From: an uncultured Pseudomonadota bacterium
Lineage (GTDB): Bacteria > Myxococcota_A > UBA796 > CAJQPC01
DNA length: 64,000 bases
Direction: 5' to 3'
NCBI GenBank assembly: GCA_913060515.1
Contig: CAJXRZ010000027.1
Span: forward strand, 6,049 to 70,048
Part shown: in pieces, positions 30,708-43,062 of the stretch
Layout of the letters: the number at the start of each line of letters is the position of its first letter
Position numbering within the stretch: the first letter of the stretch is position 1
Notes under the pieces: model-generated
The model's input: only the letters and a program-made list of their open reading frames with translations
Told to the model about the DNA's origin: nothing
Databases searched by the model: none
Program-made: the position numbers and the translations under genes

Positions 30708-32446
30708 ATGCACCCCCTGAACCAGTCCTTCGACATCCCCGCACTCCAGGACTGGCAGGAGCGGGTGAACAGAGACCTGAAGGGCCGCGACTTTGAGCGC
30801 ACCCTGGTCACAAAGACCCTGGAAGGGCTGAAGATTCAGCCCCTCTACACCCAGGCGCCCGACGCGCCTGTGGAGCTTCCTGGTCAGGCGCCCTATCGGC
30901 GCGGCGCCAGCGCTCTGGGCGGCACCCGGGACCTCTGGCAGATGCGCCAGCTCGTCTCCACTGCAGCCCACGCTCAAGAAGCCCTGCGCCTGGGCGCCTC
31001 CGCTGTGGCGCTCACCGATGCCAGCGATCTGCAAGCGATTCTGGGCGCGGTGGACTCTACGTTGGCCCCTGTTCACCTGCACGGAGCAGCCTCACAGCAT
31101 GCCGAGCAGGCCTTGGCGTGGGGGCTGAACGGTGGCCTGGGCATCTCCGTCGCCACGGACCTGGCGCGGGACGGCGGCTTGCCTCAGTCCCTGGAAGACT
31201 CTTGGAAGAGAGCGAGCTGGGCCCTTGGAGCGGCACCGGCCGGCACCCTGGCCTTGGCGGTGGACGGCAGCGTCTTTCACCACGCGGGCGCCGACGAGGC
31301 CAGCGATATCGCCCTGACCTTGGCCGCGGTGGCCGAGTCACTGCGCGCCCTGGACGCTCTGGGTCACGCTCCAGAGCAGGTGCTCGCTGCCACAGAGCTT
31401 CGCGTCGCCTTGGACGCGCGCATGCTGCTGGGCGTGGCCAAGCTGCGCGCCCTGCGCCTGTGCTGGAGCCAGCTGGCTCGCGCTTGTGGCGCCGATGTCG
31501 CCCCCAAACTCCATGCCCAGCTCTCGGCGCGGGTGCAGACCCGCCGCGATGTGTGGGTGAACATCCTGCGCAACAGCGTGGCCGTCTTCGCTGGCGCTGT
31601 CGGTGGCGCCCAAGCCATCACCTCGCTGCCCTTCGCCGACTGCGCAGAGGCCGAAGACCAGCGTCTGGCCCGCCGCATCGCGCGCAACACCCAACTCCTG
31701 CTCGCGCAAGAGTCGCACCTGGCCCGGGTCATGGACCCCGCCGGCGGCGCCTACGCTCTGGAGACCTGGACCCAAGAGCTGGCCCTCGCCGCCTGGAAGC
31801 AGTTCCGAGCCATCGAAGCCGCCGGCGGCTTGATCGCCAGCCTTCAAAACGGCCGCGTGCAGAGCGCCATCAAGGCCGTCAGCAGCAAGCGCCAGAGTTG
31901 GATCGCCAGCCGCGCCCAGCCCATCACTGGCGTCTCGGAGTTCCCCTTGGCGGGCGAGCGCCGCCCCACGCTGCACCCAGAGCCGGCCCCGCTCTCCCAA
32001 CCTGCGCACACCCCGCTTCAGGCCCTGCACCCCCTGCGGGACTCTGCGGTGTACGAGGCCTTGCGGGACCACGCCGACCGCAGCGAGAACCGCGACATCC
32101 TGCTGGCTTGCATCGGCACCCCCGCTGCCCACAGCGCGCGACTGGGCTTTGCCAGCAACCTGGTCCAGGCCGGCGGCTTTGAGCCCGTGCCGATGGAGAT
32201 CAGCCTGGAGAACGCCAACAAGATCGTGGCCCAGAGCGGCTGCAGTCGCGTGGTGCTCTGCGGCAGCGATTCGGACTACGCAAGCATCGCCGCTCCCCTG
32301 GCGACGCTGCTCGTTCAGCTTGGCGCCAGCACCGTCTTTGTCGCCGGAAAGCCGCCTCCGGATCCGGAAAGCTGGCCCGATGTCAGCGGCTACATGTTCT
32401 ACCGCTGCGATGCCCTGGGCGTGTTGCGCAGCTTGTGGGGGTTGGC

Positions 32447-32450
<4 letters not shown>
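30708..32450 (+). CDS. mutA: methylmalonyl-CoA mutase small subunit
   Basis: [39 protein letters not shown]; lacks DxHxxG. Confidence 0.88.
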
Positions 32451-34612
<2,162 letters not shown>

Positions 34613-34641
34613 GCGGATTCGCTTGAGCCGGATCGTGTGAA

Positions 34642-34668
34642 CCCCGAAGCCCGCAATGGACTCCGGGG
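34642..34668 (-). terminator. hairpin between convergent scpA and lectin genes
   Basis: minus-strand CCCCGGAGUCC-AUUGC-GGGCUUCGGGG 11-bp stem; weak U-tract. Confidence 0.5.
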
Positions 34669-34698
34669 GCACAATCCCCACCCCTGAGGACCGCTGCG

Positions 34699-35763
34699 CT
34701 ACTCGGAGAGCAGCCCGTACCAGAACTGTCCTGTTGCAGGCGCAGAGCAGGTGTTCATGAAGGCGCCACCGCCCTGAACCTCAGAGGCCTTCTGGTTGCC
34801 TTCGAGGCAGCGCGCATCGCCGTGCTGGACGTTCTTGAGCAGAGAACCCTCCTCACGGATGTCCTCGTACCAGAGCTGCCCGGTGACATCGGCGCAGTCA
34901 CTCATAAAGGCGTTTCCACCGTTCACTTCAGAGCTGGGCTCGTTCCCTTCCAGGCACTTGTAGTCGCCTTGGAACTTGGTCTTGAGCTGAAACTGCTCCC
35001 CCTCGCCGGCGGGCACGGCGTACCACTGCTGGCCCGTGGCGGGGACACAGGTGTCCATGAACGCGGCGCCGTTCATCTGATCGGAGCCGGCCTCGTTGCC
35101 CTCCAGGCAGAGCGCATCGCCCAAGAAGACGTTGTGCAAGGTGATGAGCTCTGGCTCCGGTGGTGCGCTGACTTCTTCCAGCACCCAGCGCTGACCGGTG
35201 ACCCCGCTGCAGTCATCCATGAAGGCTGCGCCGTTCTTGAAGTCGGAGCCGAACTCGTTGCCCTCCAGGCACTTCTCGGTGCCCTGAAACTCGGTCTGCA
35301 TCAGGACAAAGTCGCCATCAACGACGAACTGCCAGTTCTGGCCGGTGACCCCGGAGCAGGCGTTGAGGAAGGCGTTGCCATCCTTGACCTCGGAGCCGGC
35401 CTCGTTGCCCTCCAAGCACATCTGCGCGCCCTGGAACTCGGTGTTGCCCAAGAAGTAGTCCCCGTTGGCTTGGAAGGACCAGTACTGCCCGGTGACCTCC
35501 TCGCAGACGTTCAGAAAGGCAGCGCCGTTCTTCACTTCGCTTGCCGGGTCATTGCCCTCCAAGCAGTGCTCGCTGCCCTGGAACTCGGTGTGCAGCTTGT
35601 ACAAGGCGCCTGCGGTGGGAGAGAAGGTCTCAAGGGCCTCGCCGGTGTCCTCGGTGCCGGTGTCGCTCGCCGTGTCCTGGGTGGAGGTGTCGTCGACGAC
35701 CTCGGTCAGCTCACAAGCGGTCAGGGTGAGAGTCAGGGAGAGGATGGGGAGGATGCGGGTCAT
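34699..35763 (-). CDS. lipoprotein with two ricin B-type (QxW) beta-trefoil domains
   Basis: lipobox LTAC; six CLEGN...AF...C..(V/A)TGQxW repeats. Confidence 0.82.
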   Translation of the reverse strand: MTRILPILSLTLTLTACELTEVVDDTSTQDTASDTGTEDTGEALETFSPTAGALYKLHTEFQGSEHCLEGNDPASEVKNGAAFLNVCEEVTGQYWSFQANGDYFLGNTEFQGAQMCLEGNEAGSEVKDGNAFLNACSGVTGQNWQFVVDGDFVLMQTEFQGTEKCLEGNEFGSDFKNGAAFMDDCSGVTGQRWVLEEVSAPPEPELITLHNVFLGDALCLEGNEAGSDQMNGAAFMDTCVPATGQQWYAVPAGEGEQFQLKTKFQGDYKCLEGNEPSSEVNGGNAFMSDCADVTGQLWYEDIREEGSLLKNVQHGDARCLEGNQKASEVQGGGAFMNTCSAPATGQFWYGLLSE

Positions 35764-35987
35764 GGTGTGTCTCCAAAGTGTCGCTGGCGTTGTTGCCGGC
35801 CACCCCTTCAATCTCGCTCGATCCCGGTTCTAGGACGATTACCGGCCGTAACCAAGGCCTGTAATGACCCGATGCCGTCGGCAGATTCGGCGAATCCTGC
35901 CGGAGCCCTCCCCGCCCCGGTTCAGGCAAGCTCCTCCTGATCGGTAAGGCTTCCCCTTGAGTTATTGCTCCAGACCCGGGAGTCCAC

Positions 35988-37130
35988 ATGTCGCGAAAGC
36001 CCCAAGATGACCTCGACACGCTGATGCGTGCCCACGGTTTCTCCCGTGACGGCCAAACGCCAGTCCCCGGGAAGAGGGCTCCCCCTCCCAAGAAGGCACC
36101 GCCGGCTCCCTCTACCAAGCAGCTCGCCGCGCTGCACAAGCGTCTTGGGGCCTCGGCTCGGCCCACCAAACCCAAGAAGAAGACCTCCAGCGTCTCCATT
36201 CCACCCATCGACCCCGATGCCCGTCTGGTCGGAGCGACACGCCGCGAAGAGCAGCTCGCCGTGCTCTTGGGCGAGGTCGACGCCCTGGCCGCCCGGACCC
36301 TCCAGGCCGAAGCGCAGGCCAAAACCTCAAGCAAACAAGAGCGCCAGGCCAAGCTCAAGGCCGAAGAGGCCAGCGCCAAGCTCAAGGAGGTGCGCGCCGA
36401 GCTGCAGACCGCACAGGCCCACATCGCCAAGCTGGAGGCCGCCCTTCAGAGACACAGTCAGCTCTCCACGGGCGCCCGCTCGGCACAGAGCGCCGCGCAG
36501 GCTGAGCTGGACTCCCTGCGCACGGAGACCGCCCCCTCCCCCACCCTGCAGCAGCTGCTCCGCGCACGAGGCCTGGCCGATGAGACCGAGCTCTGGGAGG
36601 CCTTGCTGCTGCTCGCCGACCAAGTCCCGGATCTCTTGCTCAGCAACCTGCGCGCGGTGCCCAACAGTTCCCTGCCCCAGATCCTGCGAGAACGCCTCGT
36701 CTTGGTGGGCCCGGACCAGAACCCCAGCCCAGGAAGTCTGGCCATCTCCGTGCCGGCCGAGCGCTGTGAGCTGGGAGAGACGGGCCTGCAGACCCGCTTC
36801 AGTGAGGTGGTGCAAGCCGCTGAGTTGGCCGGCGTCATGCAAATCTGCTTGGTCGGCGGCAGCGTGGCCTACAGAAAGCAGCTCAAGCACCTCGCCTCGG
36901 AATCGTCCAGCGCCCTCAAGCTCCGATTGGTCTCCGGCACTGCCCGCCGTCAAAAGCGCCAGGCCGAAGCAGATCTGCGCACCTGCGATGTTGTGCTGCT
37001 CTGGGGCGGTTCAGAGCTGGCGCATGCCGTCTCTGAGCTCTACCGGGGCGAGCAAGTCTGGCAGGTGGCTCATCGCGGGCTGAGCGGCATGTTGGCCGAG
37101 GTCGCTGAGCGATTGCTTCAGCGCCTCTGA
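35988..37130 (+). CDS. coiled-coil protein with C-terminal DUF2325-like domain
   Basis: central Ala/Gln/Lys coiled coil; ICLVGG...DVVLLWG...LAHAVS. Confidence 0.65.
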   Translation: MSRKPQDDLDTLMRAHGFSRDGQTPVPGKRAPPPKKAPPAPSTKQLAALHKRLGASARPTKPKKKTSSVSIPPIDPDARLVGATRREEQLAVLLGEVDALAARTLQAEAQAKTSSKQERQAKLKAEEASAKLKEVRAELQTAQAHIAKLEAALQRHSQLSTGARSAQSAAQAELDSLRTETAPSPTLQQLLRARGLADETELWEALLLLADQVPDLLLSNLRAVPNSSLPQILRERLVLVGPDQNPSPGSLAISVPAERCELGETGLQTRFSEVVQAAELAGVMQICLVGGSVAYRKQLKHLASESSSALKLRLVSGTARRQKRQAEADLRTCDVVLLWGGSELAHAVSELYRGEQVWQVAHRGLSGMLAEVAERLLQRL

Positions 37131-37170
37131 GCGGGCTTGCGTCGGATACGTGGATTTCCTAACATGCCGC

Positions 37171-38646
37171 ATGCTCAACTTCGCCAGACCTTTCGGCCCG
37201 ATTCTCCTCCTCGCTCCATTGGCCCTCTTCGGGGCTTGTAAGTCTACGGGGGACACGGAACTCGACACCGAAGACTCCGCTGGGCAAGTGGACTCGGACA
37301 ACACCGGAGAGCCCACCTGGGAGGAGGCGCGCCCCATCATTCAGGCCCGCTGCAGCCGCTGCCACAGCGCCCACCGCCTCTCGACCTACAAACGCTTGGA
37401 GACCCACCAGGACGTGATCGCGCTGCGCCCGAACATCCTGGACAAGCTGAAGACGGAGCCGCCGCGCGGGCTGCGCATGCCGGTGGCCTCCAACCACGAG
37501 GGCGGCTGTGCCCCAGAGCACACCGCCATCAACGACAAACGCGTCACAGAAGATGAGCTGGACACGCTCCGGGCCTTCCTGCAGCGCACGGACCATCAAG
37601 ACTACGTCGACACCTTCGAGCCACTGACCCCGCCAGTAGTCCCGGAGCTGGCCGACTCCATCGCCTACACCTCCTACCCCTTCGAGGTGCTCAACGACGG
37701 CTTCCTGGAGGACCCCAATGGGGGCGGCGGCTACATGGAGGAGTACGACTACGACCAGCGCGAGTACGACCAGATGGAGGACGACTGGTTCTGCATCCGC
37801 TTCAACCCTGAGCGCAGCGAAGCGGGCTACCTCACCGGACTGCAGGCGGAGACCGCCAGCGGTCAGCTTCACCTCAACGCCCAGATGGTCATCGACACCA
37901 CCGGCGCCAGCGCGGCCGCCCAGAGCGCCGCCGAGGAGAAAGGCAGCGACTGGTACCGATGCGACGCCGGGCTGAACTTCTCAGACGCCATCCCCCTCTG
38001 GCGCACCGTTCCCGGTGGAGAGGCCGTGGAGCTGCCCGAGGGGACAGGGCTGCGCTTCGAGCCTGGCTGGACCTTCGTGATGCGCGTCGATTTCCACACC
38101 CACTTTGACGCCGAGGAGTTCAACAAGCTGGAGCAGGACGGTGTCATCGACTACGACGCGGGCACGATGACCTGGTTCAACCAGGCGACCCTGCGGGCGC
38201 AATGGGCCCAGCCCGAAGACATCAGCCGCGAGCTGCAGTGGACGAGCGTCGGCCCCAGCACGGAGCAGGAGCGCGCCGCCTTTGAAGTGGCCCCTGGAGC
38301 CAGCACCCTGCGCTTCAGCCAGAGCCTTCCCGGCTTGGCCGAGCAGTACAAGGTGTTCTCCGCGGAGCTCGGAATGGGCAAGAACGGACACACCGCCAGC
38401 TTGGTCGACTCGGACGCCACCACCTGCATCGCCAACAACGGCGACTTCAACCCCAAGTGGATCGAGCAGACCGTGTACGGCGAGCAAGACGCACCGGAGC
38501 TGGCCGGGGACAGCAGCCTGGAGCTGAGCTGCGAGTACAAGAACGGCACCGAGGAGGCCGTGCTGTGGGGCCCGGAGAACGAGGCCGCCGTCTGGGGACG
38601 CAAGGAGCGCTGCAACGCGGTGGTCTTCTTCTACGAGAGCCTCTGA
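37171..38646 (+). CDS. lipoprotein with c-type heme motif and degenerate copper monooxygenase (PHM)-like domains
   Basis: LFGAC lipobox; CSRCH + MP; PGG...LPEGTGLR, LELSCEYKN and WG...ERC framework. Confidence 0.7.
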   Translation: MLNFARPFGPILLLAPLALFGACKSTGDTELDTEDSAGQVDSDNTGEPTWEEARPIIQARCSRCHSAHRLSTYKRLETHQDVIALRPNILDKLKTEPPRGLRMPVASNHEGGCAPEHTAINDKRVTEDELDTLRAFLQRTDHQDYVDTFEPLTPPVVPELADSIAYTSYPFEVLNDGFLEDPNGGGGYMEEYDYDQREYDQMEDDWFCIRFNPERSEAGYLTGLQAETASGQLHLNAQMVIDTTGASAAAQSAAEEKGSDWYRCDAGLNFSDAIPLWRTVPGGEAVELPEGTGLRFEPGWTFVMRVDFHTHFDAEEFNKLEQDGVIDYDAGTMTWFNQATLRAQWAQPEDISRELQWTSVGPSTEQERAAFEVAPGASTLRFSQSLPGLAEQYKVFSAELGMGKNGHTASLVDSDATTCIANNGDFNPKWIEQTVYGEQDAPELAGDSSLELSCEYKNGTEEAVLWGPENEAAVWGRKERCNAVVFFYESL

Positions 38647-38656
38647 GGGGCCCAAG

Positions 38657-39436
38657 TCAGAGCAGAGTCTCCGCGACGGAACGCACCACCGCCGTGGGGT
38701 CGCAAGCGTAGAGATCCGAGCAGCTGAAGCTGTTCAGCTCCAGCAAGCGGTAGCCCTGGGCGGTGTGCACCAAGTCCAAGACGTAGAGGGCCTCGGGCCC
38801 GGGCACCGAGCCTGCGATTTCTTTGGCCAGGGCCATGGCGGCCGGGTCGACCTCTGCACTGCCGACTTGGCGACCAGTCTGAGCGCTGTAGCCGCTGGCA
38901 GCGACCACCTGGTCCCCCGCCACCACGAAGCGCCACTCCGCCCCCAAGACTTGGGTCGGCGCGACCAGCACCGGCAGCGCAGAGTCCTCAAAGTAGAAGC
39001 CGTGGTCCAAACCGGCCAAGGTGAAGCCCGCGGGGTCCAAGACCCGCCCGGAGAACTCCTTGAGCGGGCTGTCGGGACGCACAAAGACCTGTTCTCCAAA
39101 CCCGTCGAAGATCCTCGCTTTGTCCGAGACAGCCTGGTCAGCCGGAAGCACCTCATAGATCTGATTCAAACGGTACTTCTCGTACAGCGGGTAGTACGCG
39201 GAGCTGTGCAGCGCGGCCACATCACAGAAGATCTGCGGCGCCCAAGGCTTTTCTCTCAGCGCCACGGCGGTGCCCAGAGCACCGTGAAACACCACGGTCT
39301 CCGCGCTCCAAGGTGCCCGGCTGCGCTCCAGCAGCGCATCGCTCCACAGCGTCAAGCCATGGCCTGCGGCTTGAAGCGCCTGGATCAGGCCGGCGGCTTG
39401 ATTGGAGAAGACTTGGTTTTCGATGACCCAATGCAT
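38657..39436 (-). CDS. ATP-grasp domain protein (DUF4343/R2K-like)
   Basis: VFVRPDSPLKEFSG, EWRFVV, YVLDL, LLELNSFSCS. Confidence 0.78.
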   Translation of the reverse strand: MHWVIENQVFSNQAAGLIQALQAAGHGLTLWSDALLERSRAPWSAETVVFHGALGTAVALREKPWAPQIFCDVAALHSSAYYPLYEKYRLNQIYEVLPADQAVSDKARIFDGFGEQVFVRPDSPLKEFSGRVLDPAGFTLAGLDHGFYFEDSALPVLVAPTQVLGAEWRFVVAGDQVVAASGYSAQTGRQVGSAEVDPAAMALAKEIAGSVPGPEALYVLDLVHTAQGYRLLELNSFSCSDLYACDPTAVVRSVAETLL

Positions 39437-39438
39437 GC

Positions 39439-40161
39439 TCAGAGCATACCAGCCAGCGCTTGAGCCGACAAGCTCCAAACATCTGGATCAATGCCCATTC
39501 CCACGTGGGTGCTGCCGACTTCAACGTGTACGGTCTGGGGGCTGCTCTTGTCGATGCAGGCTGGCCAGTGCACCACCTCGTCGCGCTTGGAGAACAGGAT
39601 GGTCAGGGGGACCTGAATGGGCTGTACCCGGTTGAGCTCGGCCTGCTCTCTGGCGGCCTTCTCTGAGGCCTCCGGCGCATAGCTGCCGGCCGCGGCGGTG
39701 TAGCTGGGGCCCCCGATGACCGGGGTGCCGTAGGTGATGACCCTGGAGACGGACTCTGGAATCTCACGGGCCAGCTCTCGTGAGATCACGCCGCCCAAGC
39801 TCCAGCCCACCAGCGAGACTGGCCCCTTGTCGCGCGCCAGCTTCTCGACGACCTCCAGCATGGCGTCTCGGTCCCTGCGAACGGTGCCCATGTTCATGCC
39901 ACGTCCCCAGTGCTGGGCGTCGTAGCCACGGGAGATCAGGTAGCGGCGCATGGGGGCCATGCTGGCCTCGGGCGAGCGCCACCCTGGAATCAAGATGACC
40001 GGCTCGCCATCGCCCTTGGGCGCCTGGTTCAAGCTCTTGCGCGAGGAGATCAGCCTCCCCAACTGAAAGGGCACCCGCCACTGCTCCCCCAGAGCGGCGG
40101 CCACCTTGAGGGCCTTGGGCTCCGGTGTCTCCGGCGGGCTGTAGTAGATGCGCGGTGTCAT
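39439..40161 (-). CDS. alpha/beta hydrolase (esterase/lipase-like)
   Basis: GWSLGG nucleophile elbow, DEVV, STHVG. Confidence 0.85.
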   Translation of the reverse strand: MTPRIYYSPPETPEPKALKVAAALGEQWRVPFQLGRLISSRKSLNQAPKGDGEPVILIPGWRSPEASMAPMRRYLISRGYDAQHWGRGMNMGTVRRDRDAMLEVVEKLARDKGPVSLVGWSLGGVISRELAREIPESVSRVITYGTPVIGGPSYTAAAGSYAPEASEKAAREQAELNRVQPIQVPLTILFSKRDEVVHWPACIDKSSPQTVHVEVGSTHVGMGIDPDVWSLSAQALAGML

Positions 40162-41015
40162 GTCGTGGCCTGCTGCGACAGGGACTCGGTGAAGAAGCTG
40201 ACGGTACCCGAGAGCACGGCAGGCTCCCTCAGGATGCGGTTGTGGCCCAGTCCGTGGAAGCTCTGCAGTCTTGCATTTGGCCAGTGCGAGACCAAGGCCT
40301 GCCCCTCGGAGAAGAGCACCTCCTGATCCCCTTCATCGTGAAAGACCTGCAGCTCGGCGCCCATCTGGGGGGCCAGGACTCGGCCTTGGAAGTCGTCCAT
40401 GGTCACGCTGAAGCGCCCTTCGATCTCGGCCTGGGCCAGGGTGGCGGCCGCGCGAGAGAAGCCCAGGGTCTCCGCTGTTTTGTACAGGTAGTTCCCAGGG
40501 TTCTCGGGAGGGGCCACATAAACCATGGCCTTGGCGTCCAGGCCGTCTGCCTGGGCACGGGTGACCGCCGCGGTCCCCAGGGAGTGCGCCAACACGCCAT
40601 GGATGGGTCCCAAGTGCTCTTTGGCCAGCAACACGCTGCGGCTCCACCAGGGCAGCGCCGCCAGCTTTCCGTCCGCCAGACCGTGTCCCGGTGCGTCAAA
40701 GGCCGCGACCCTGAAACCCTTGGCCAACAGCGCCTCAACATAGCCAGAGAGTTGGCTGCCCCGGCCCGACCAGCCATGCACCAAGAGGATGAGCGGACCG
40801 CGCTCTCCCCAGGTGTAGAGCGGGATCTCCCTGCGGGCATCGAAGGCGATCCGCTGCACCTGGGCCCGCTCCATGATGGCCTGCTCCCGCTTGTGCAGAG
40901 GGCGGGGCATCGGGCTGAGAAAGAGCCGCTGCAGCATGGGCGAGGCCGCCTTGGGTCCGAGCCAAGACAGGAAGGTTGCGGTCCCTTTGATGAGGCCCAA
41001 GATGAGGTTCTTCAT
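40158..41015 (-). CDS. alpha/beta hydrolase
   Basis: LVHGW, FDAPGHG, AHSLG, HDEGD, GLGHNRIL. Confidence 0.87.
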   Translation of the reverse strand: MKNLILGLIKGTATFLSWLGPKAASPMLQRLFLSPMPRPLHKREQAIMERAQVQRIAFDARREIPLYTWGERGPLILLVHGWSGRGSQLSGYVEALLAKGFRVAAFDAPGHGLADGKLAALPWWSRSVLLAKEHLGPIHGVLAHSLGTAAVTRAQADGLDAKAMVYVAPPENPGNYLYKTAETLGFSRAAATLAQAEIEGRFSVTMDDFQGRVLAPQMGAELQVFHDEGDQEVLFSEGQALVSHWPNARLQSFHGLGHNRILREPAVLSGTVSFFTESLSQQATT

Positions 41016-41629
41016 GGTCGAATCTCCTGGATCTGGGCGCGCTGCACCAGACCCTCAAAGGCCAGGCGCGCCCGCTCAGGGGCGTGACCCAGCTCCAGAA
41101 AGTGCCCATAGTGTTGGTAGGACACGATGTTGGCCCAGAACTCGTATGCAAACTGCTCAAGATCCAGGTCCTGCCTAAACTCTCCGCTCTCCACAGCCGT
41201 GCGAGCTGTGCGCTCAATGACATCGAGCACGTCCCGCAGGTGCTTGCCCACAGCCTCTCGCACCGGGCCAGGCCGGGCGTGCATGTCCTGGGCTGCCTGC
41301 ACAAAGGGGCAGCCGCCAGGAAAGGCCGTGGCCGACCACGCCATCCACTCTTGGAACAAGGCGCGAACCCGGAGCAGCCCCCGGGGTTGGGTGACGGCGG
41401 GCTTGAAGACGCGCTCCACAAAGAGCAGCGCGGCGTGGTCCAGCACGGCCACCTGCAGCGCTTCTTTGGAGTCAAAGTGGGCGTACAAACCGGACTTGGA
41501 CATGCCAACCACCTTCGCGAGCACACCCACAGACATGCCCTCCAGACCCAGCTCGGTGCTCAGGTCCAAGGCTTGGTCCAGGATGTGTGCGCGGGTGGCT
41601 TGGCCCTTGCGGCCTTGATGTGTCGCCAT
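41012..41629 (-). CDS. TetR/AcrR family transcriptional regulator
   Basis: KGQATRAHIL...GMSKSGLYAHFDSKEAL; GGCPF. Confidence 0.92.
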   Translation of the reverse strand: MATHQGRKGQATRAHILDQALDLSTELGLEGMSVGVLAKVVGMSKSGLYAHFDSKEALQVAVLDHAALLFVERVFKPAVTQPRGLLRVRALFQEWMAWSATAFPGGCPFVQAAQDMHARPGPVREAVGKHLRDVLDVIERTARTAVESGEFRQDLDLEQFAYEFWANIVSYQHYGHFLELGHAPERARLAFEGLVQRAQIQEIRP

Positions 41630-41657
41630 GGTGGCCTCGCATACGGTTCAATCCATT

Positions 41658-41681
41658 AATAGTACGACCGTTCGTTTGTTG
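41658..41681. promoter_or_regulatory. imperfect palindrome, candidate TetR operator
   Basis: core ACGACCGTTCGT in an AT-rich divergent spacer about 30 nt upstream of tetR. Confidence 0.5.
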
Positions 41682-41751
41682 CACAGAATGGGGTCCACCT
41701 TTTCAAGTGAATCTGATTCACATCCCCCGAAAGCCAAGATAGGCTGCGGCC

Positions 41752-42564
41752 ATGCAGACCAAACACGACATCTTGGATCTCGGCCACGTTCAGCTTGGGT
41801 ACACGCTGCGAGGCACCAGCGGCCCCCCTGTGCTCTTGGTGATGGGTCTGGCCATGCCCGGCGAGGGCTGGATGCGGCAGGTGGATGACCTGAGCCAAGA
41901 CCACCAAGTGTGCTGGTTCGACAACCGCGGCGTGGGCAAGAGTTCCACCCCAAAGGGCTTGTACTCCACGCAGAAAATGGCCGAGGAGACCTGGGCTTTG
42001 GTGGATCACCTCGGTTGGGAGAGCGTCCACGTGGTGGGCGTCAGCATGGGCGGCATGATCTCCCAGCAGCTCCTGGTTCAGCAGCCTGAGCGGGTGCGTA
42101 GTCTCACCTTGATCGCCTCGGCGGCTGTCGGACGCAAGGCGCAGCCCACGGCCGAAGGAGTCAAGCGCTGGATCAAGGTGCAGAGCACCAAGGACGTCGA
42201 TGAGCGGATGAAAGCCTTGGCGCACCTTCTCTTTTCAGAGAAGACCATCGCCGAGGGTCGCGTGGATATGGGCACCTTGGGCCGAGACTTGGCAGCCGGC
42301 CGCGCCCGAGGCCAGGGAATGCTCGGTCAGCTCGCCGCAGTCTTTGGCCACAACGCCAAGTCCCAGCTGGCGATCCACCAAGACAAGCCGGTCCTGTGCA
42401 TCGTGGGCCAGGACGATGTGCTGGTCTCGCCTCGAAACACCCACGAGCTGGCCAAGATCCTCGCCGCGAACCTGCTGGAGATTCCAGACGCCGGCCACGG
42501 CGTGAGCAGCGAGCACCCCGAGCTGGTCAACGCAGCGATTCGCAAGCACATCCTGGCGGTCTGA
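41752..42564 (+). CDS. alpha/beta hydrolase
   Basis: DNRGVG, GVSMGG, GQDD, AGH. Confidence 0.88.
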   Translation: MQTKHDILDLGHVQLGYTLRGTSGPPVLLVMGLAMPGEGWMRQVDDLSQDHQVCWFDNRGVGKSSTPKGLYSTQKMAEETWALVDHLGWESVHVVGVSMGGMISQQLLVQQPERVRSLTLIASAAVGRKAQPTAEGVKRWIKVQSTKDVDERMKALAHLLFSEKTIAEGRVDMGTLGRDLAAGRARGQGMLGQLAAVFGHNAKSQLAIHQDKPVLCIVGQDDVLVSPRNTHELAKILAANLLEIPDAGHGVSSEHPELVNAAIRKHILAV

Positions 42565-42583
42565 GGCCTGGCGCTCTGAGCCT

Positions 42584-43015
42584 TTAGCCCTCTTCCAGGA
42601 TCTCCAGGCGCACCACGGTCACGCCCACATCCAGGATGCCCAGCTCGCGGGCTGCCCCCTTGGACAAGTCCAAGATGCGGTCGCCCACATAGGGGCCGCG
42701 ATCATTGACCCGCACCACCACGCTCTCGCCGGTGTCCACGCGGGTCACCAACAGCAGGGTGTCGAAGGGCAAGCTGCGGTGCGCTGCGCTGATGCCTTCC
42801 TGGTTGTAGGTCTCGCCGTTGGCTGTCAGCCGCCCATGAAAGCCAGGGCCATACCAGCTGGCAGGCCCCACTCCCAGGGTCTGAAGCTCCACCGGGAGCG
42901 GCTCCGGCATGATGGGCAGCGCATCCAAGTCCGGCCCCAAGGGGGCGGCGACCGCAGCGGCCGCAAAGACGCTGGCCCAGAAGAGAAAGGCCGGGTTGGT
43001 AGAGAATTCGCGCAT
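42584..43015 (-). CDS. rlpA: RlpA family lytic transglycosylase (DPBB)
   Basis: ASWYGPGFHGRLTANGE, AAHRSLPF, VRVNDRGP, DLSKGAA. Confidence 0.9.
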   Translation of the reverse strand: MREFSTNPAFLFWASVFAAAAVAAPLGPDLDALPIMPEPLPVELQTLGVGPASWYGPGFHGRLTANGETYNQEGISAAHRSLPFDTLLLVTRVDTGESVVVRVNDRGPYVGDRILDLSKGAARELGILDVGVTVVRLEILEEG

Positions 43016-43062
43016 CAGCCATGCAGGCTAACCGGAAGAATCGTGGGACGATAGTAGGGCCC

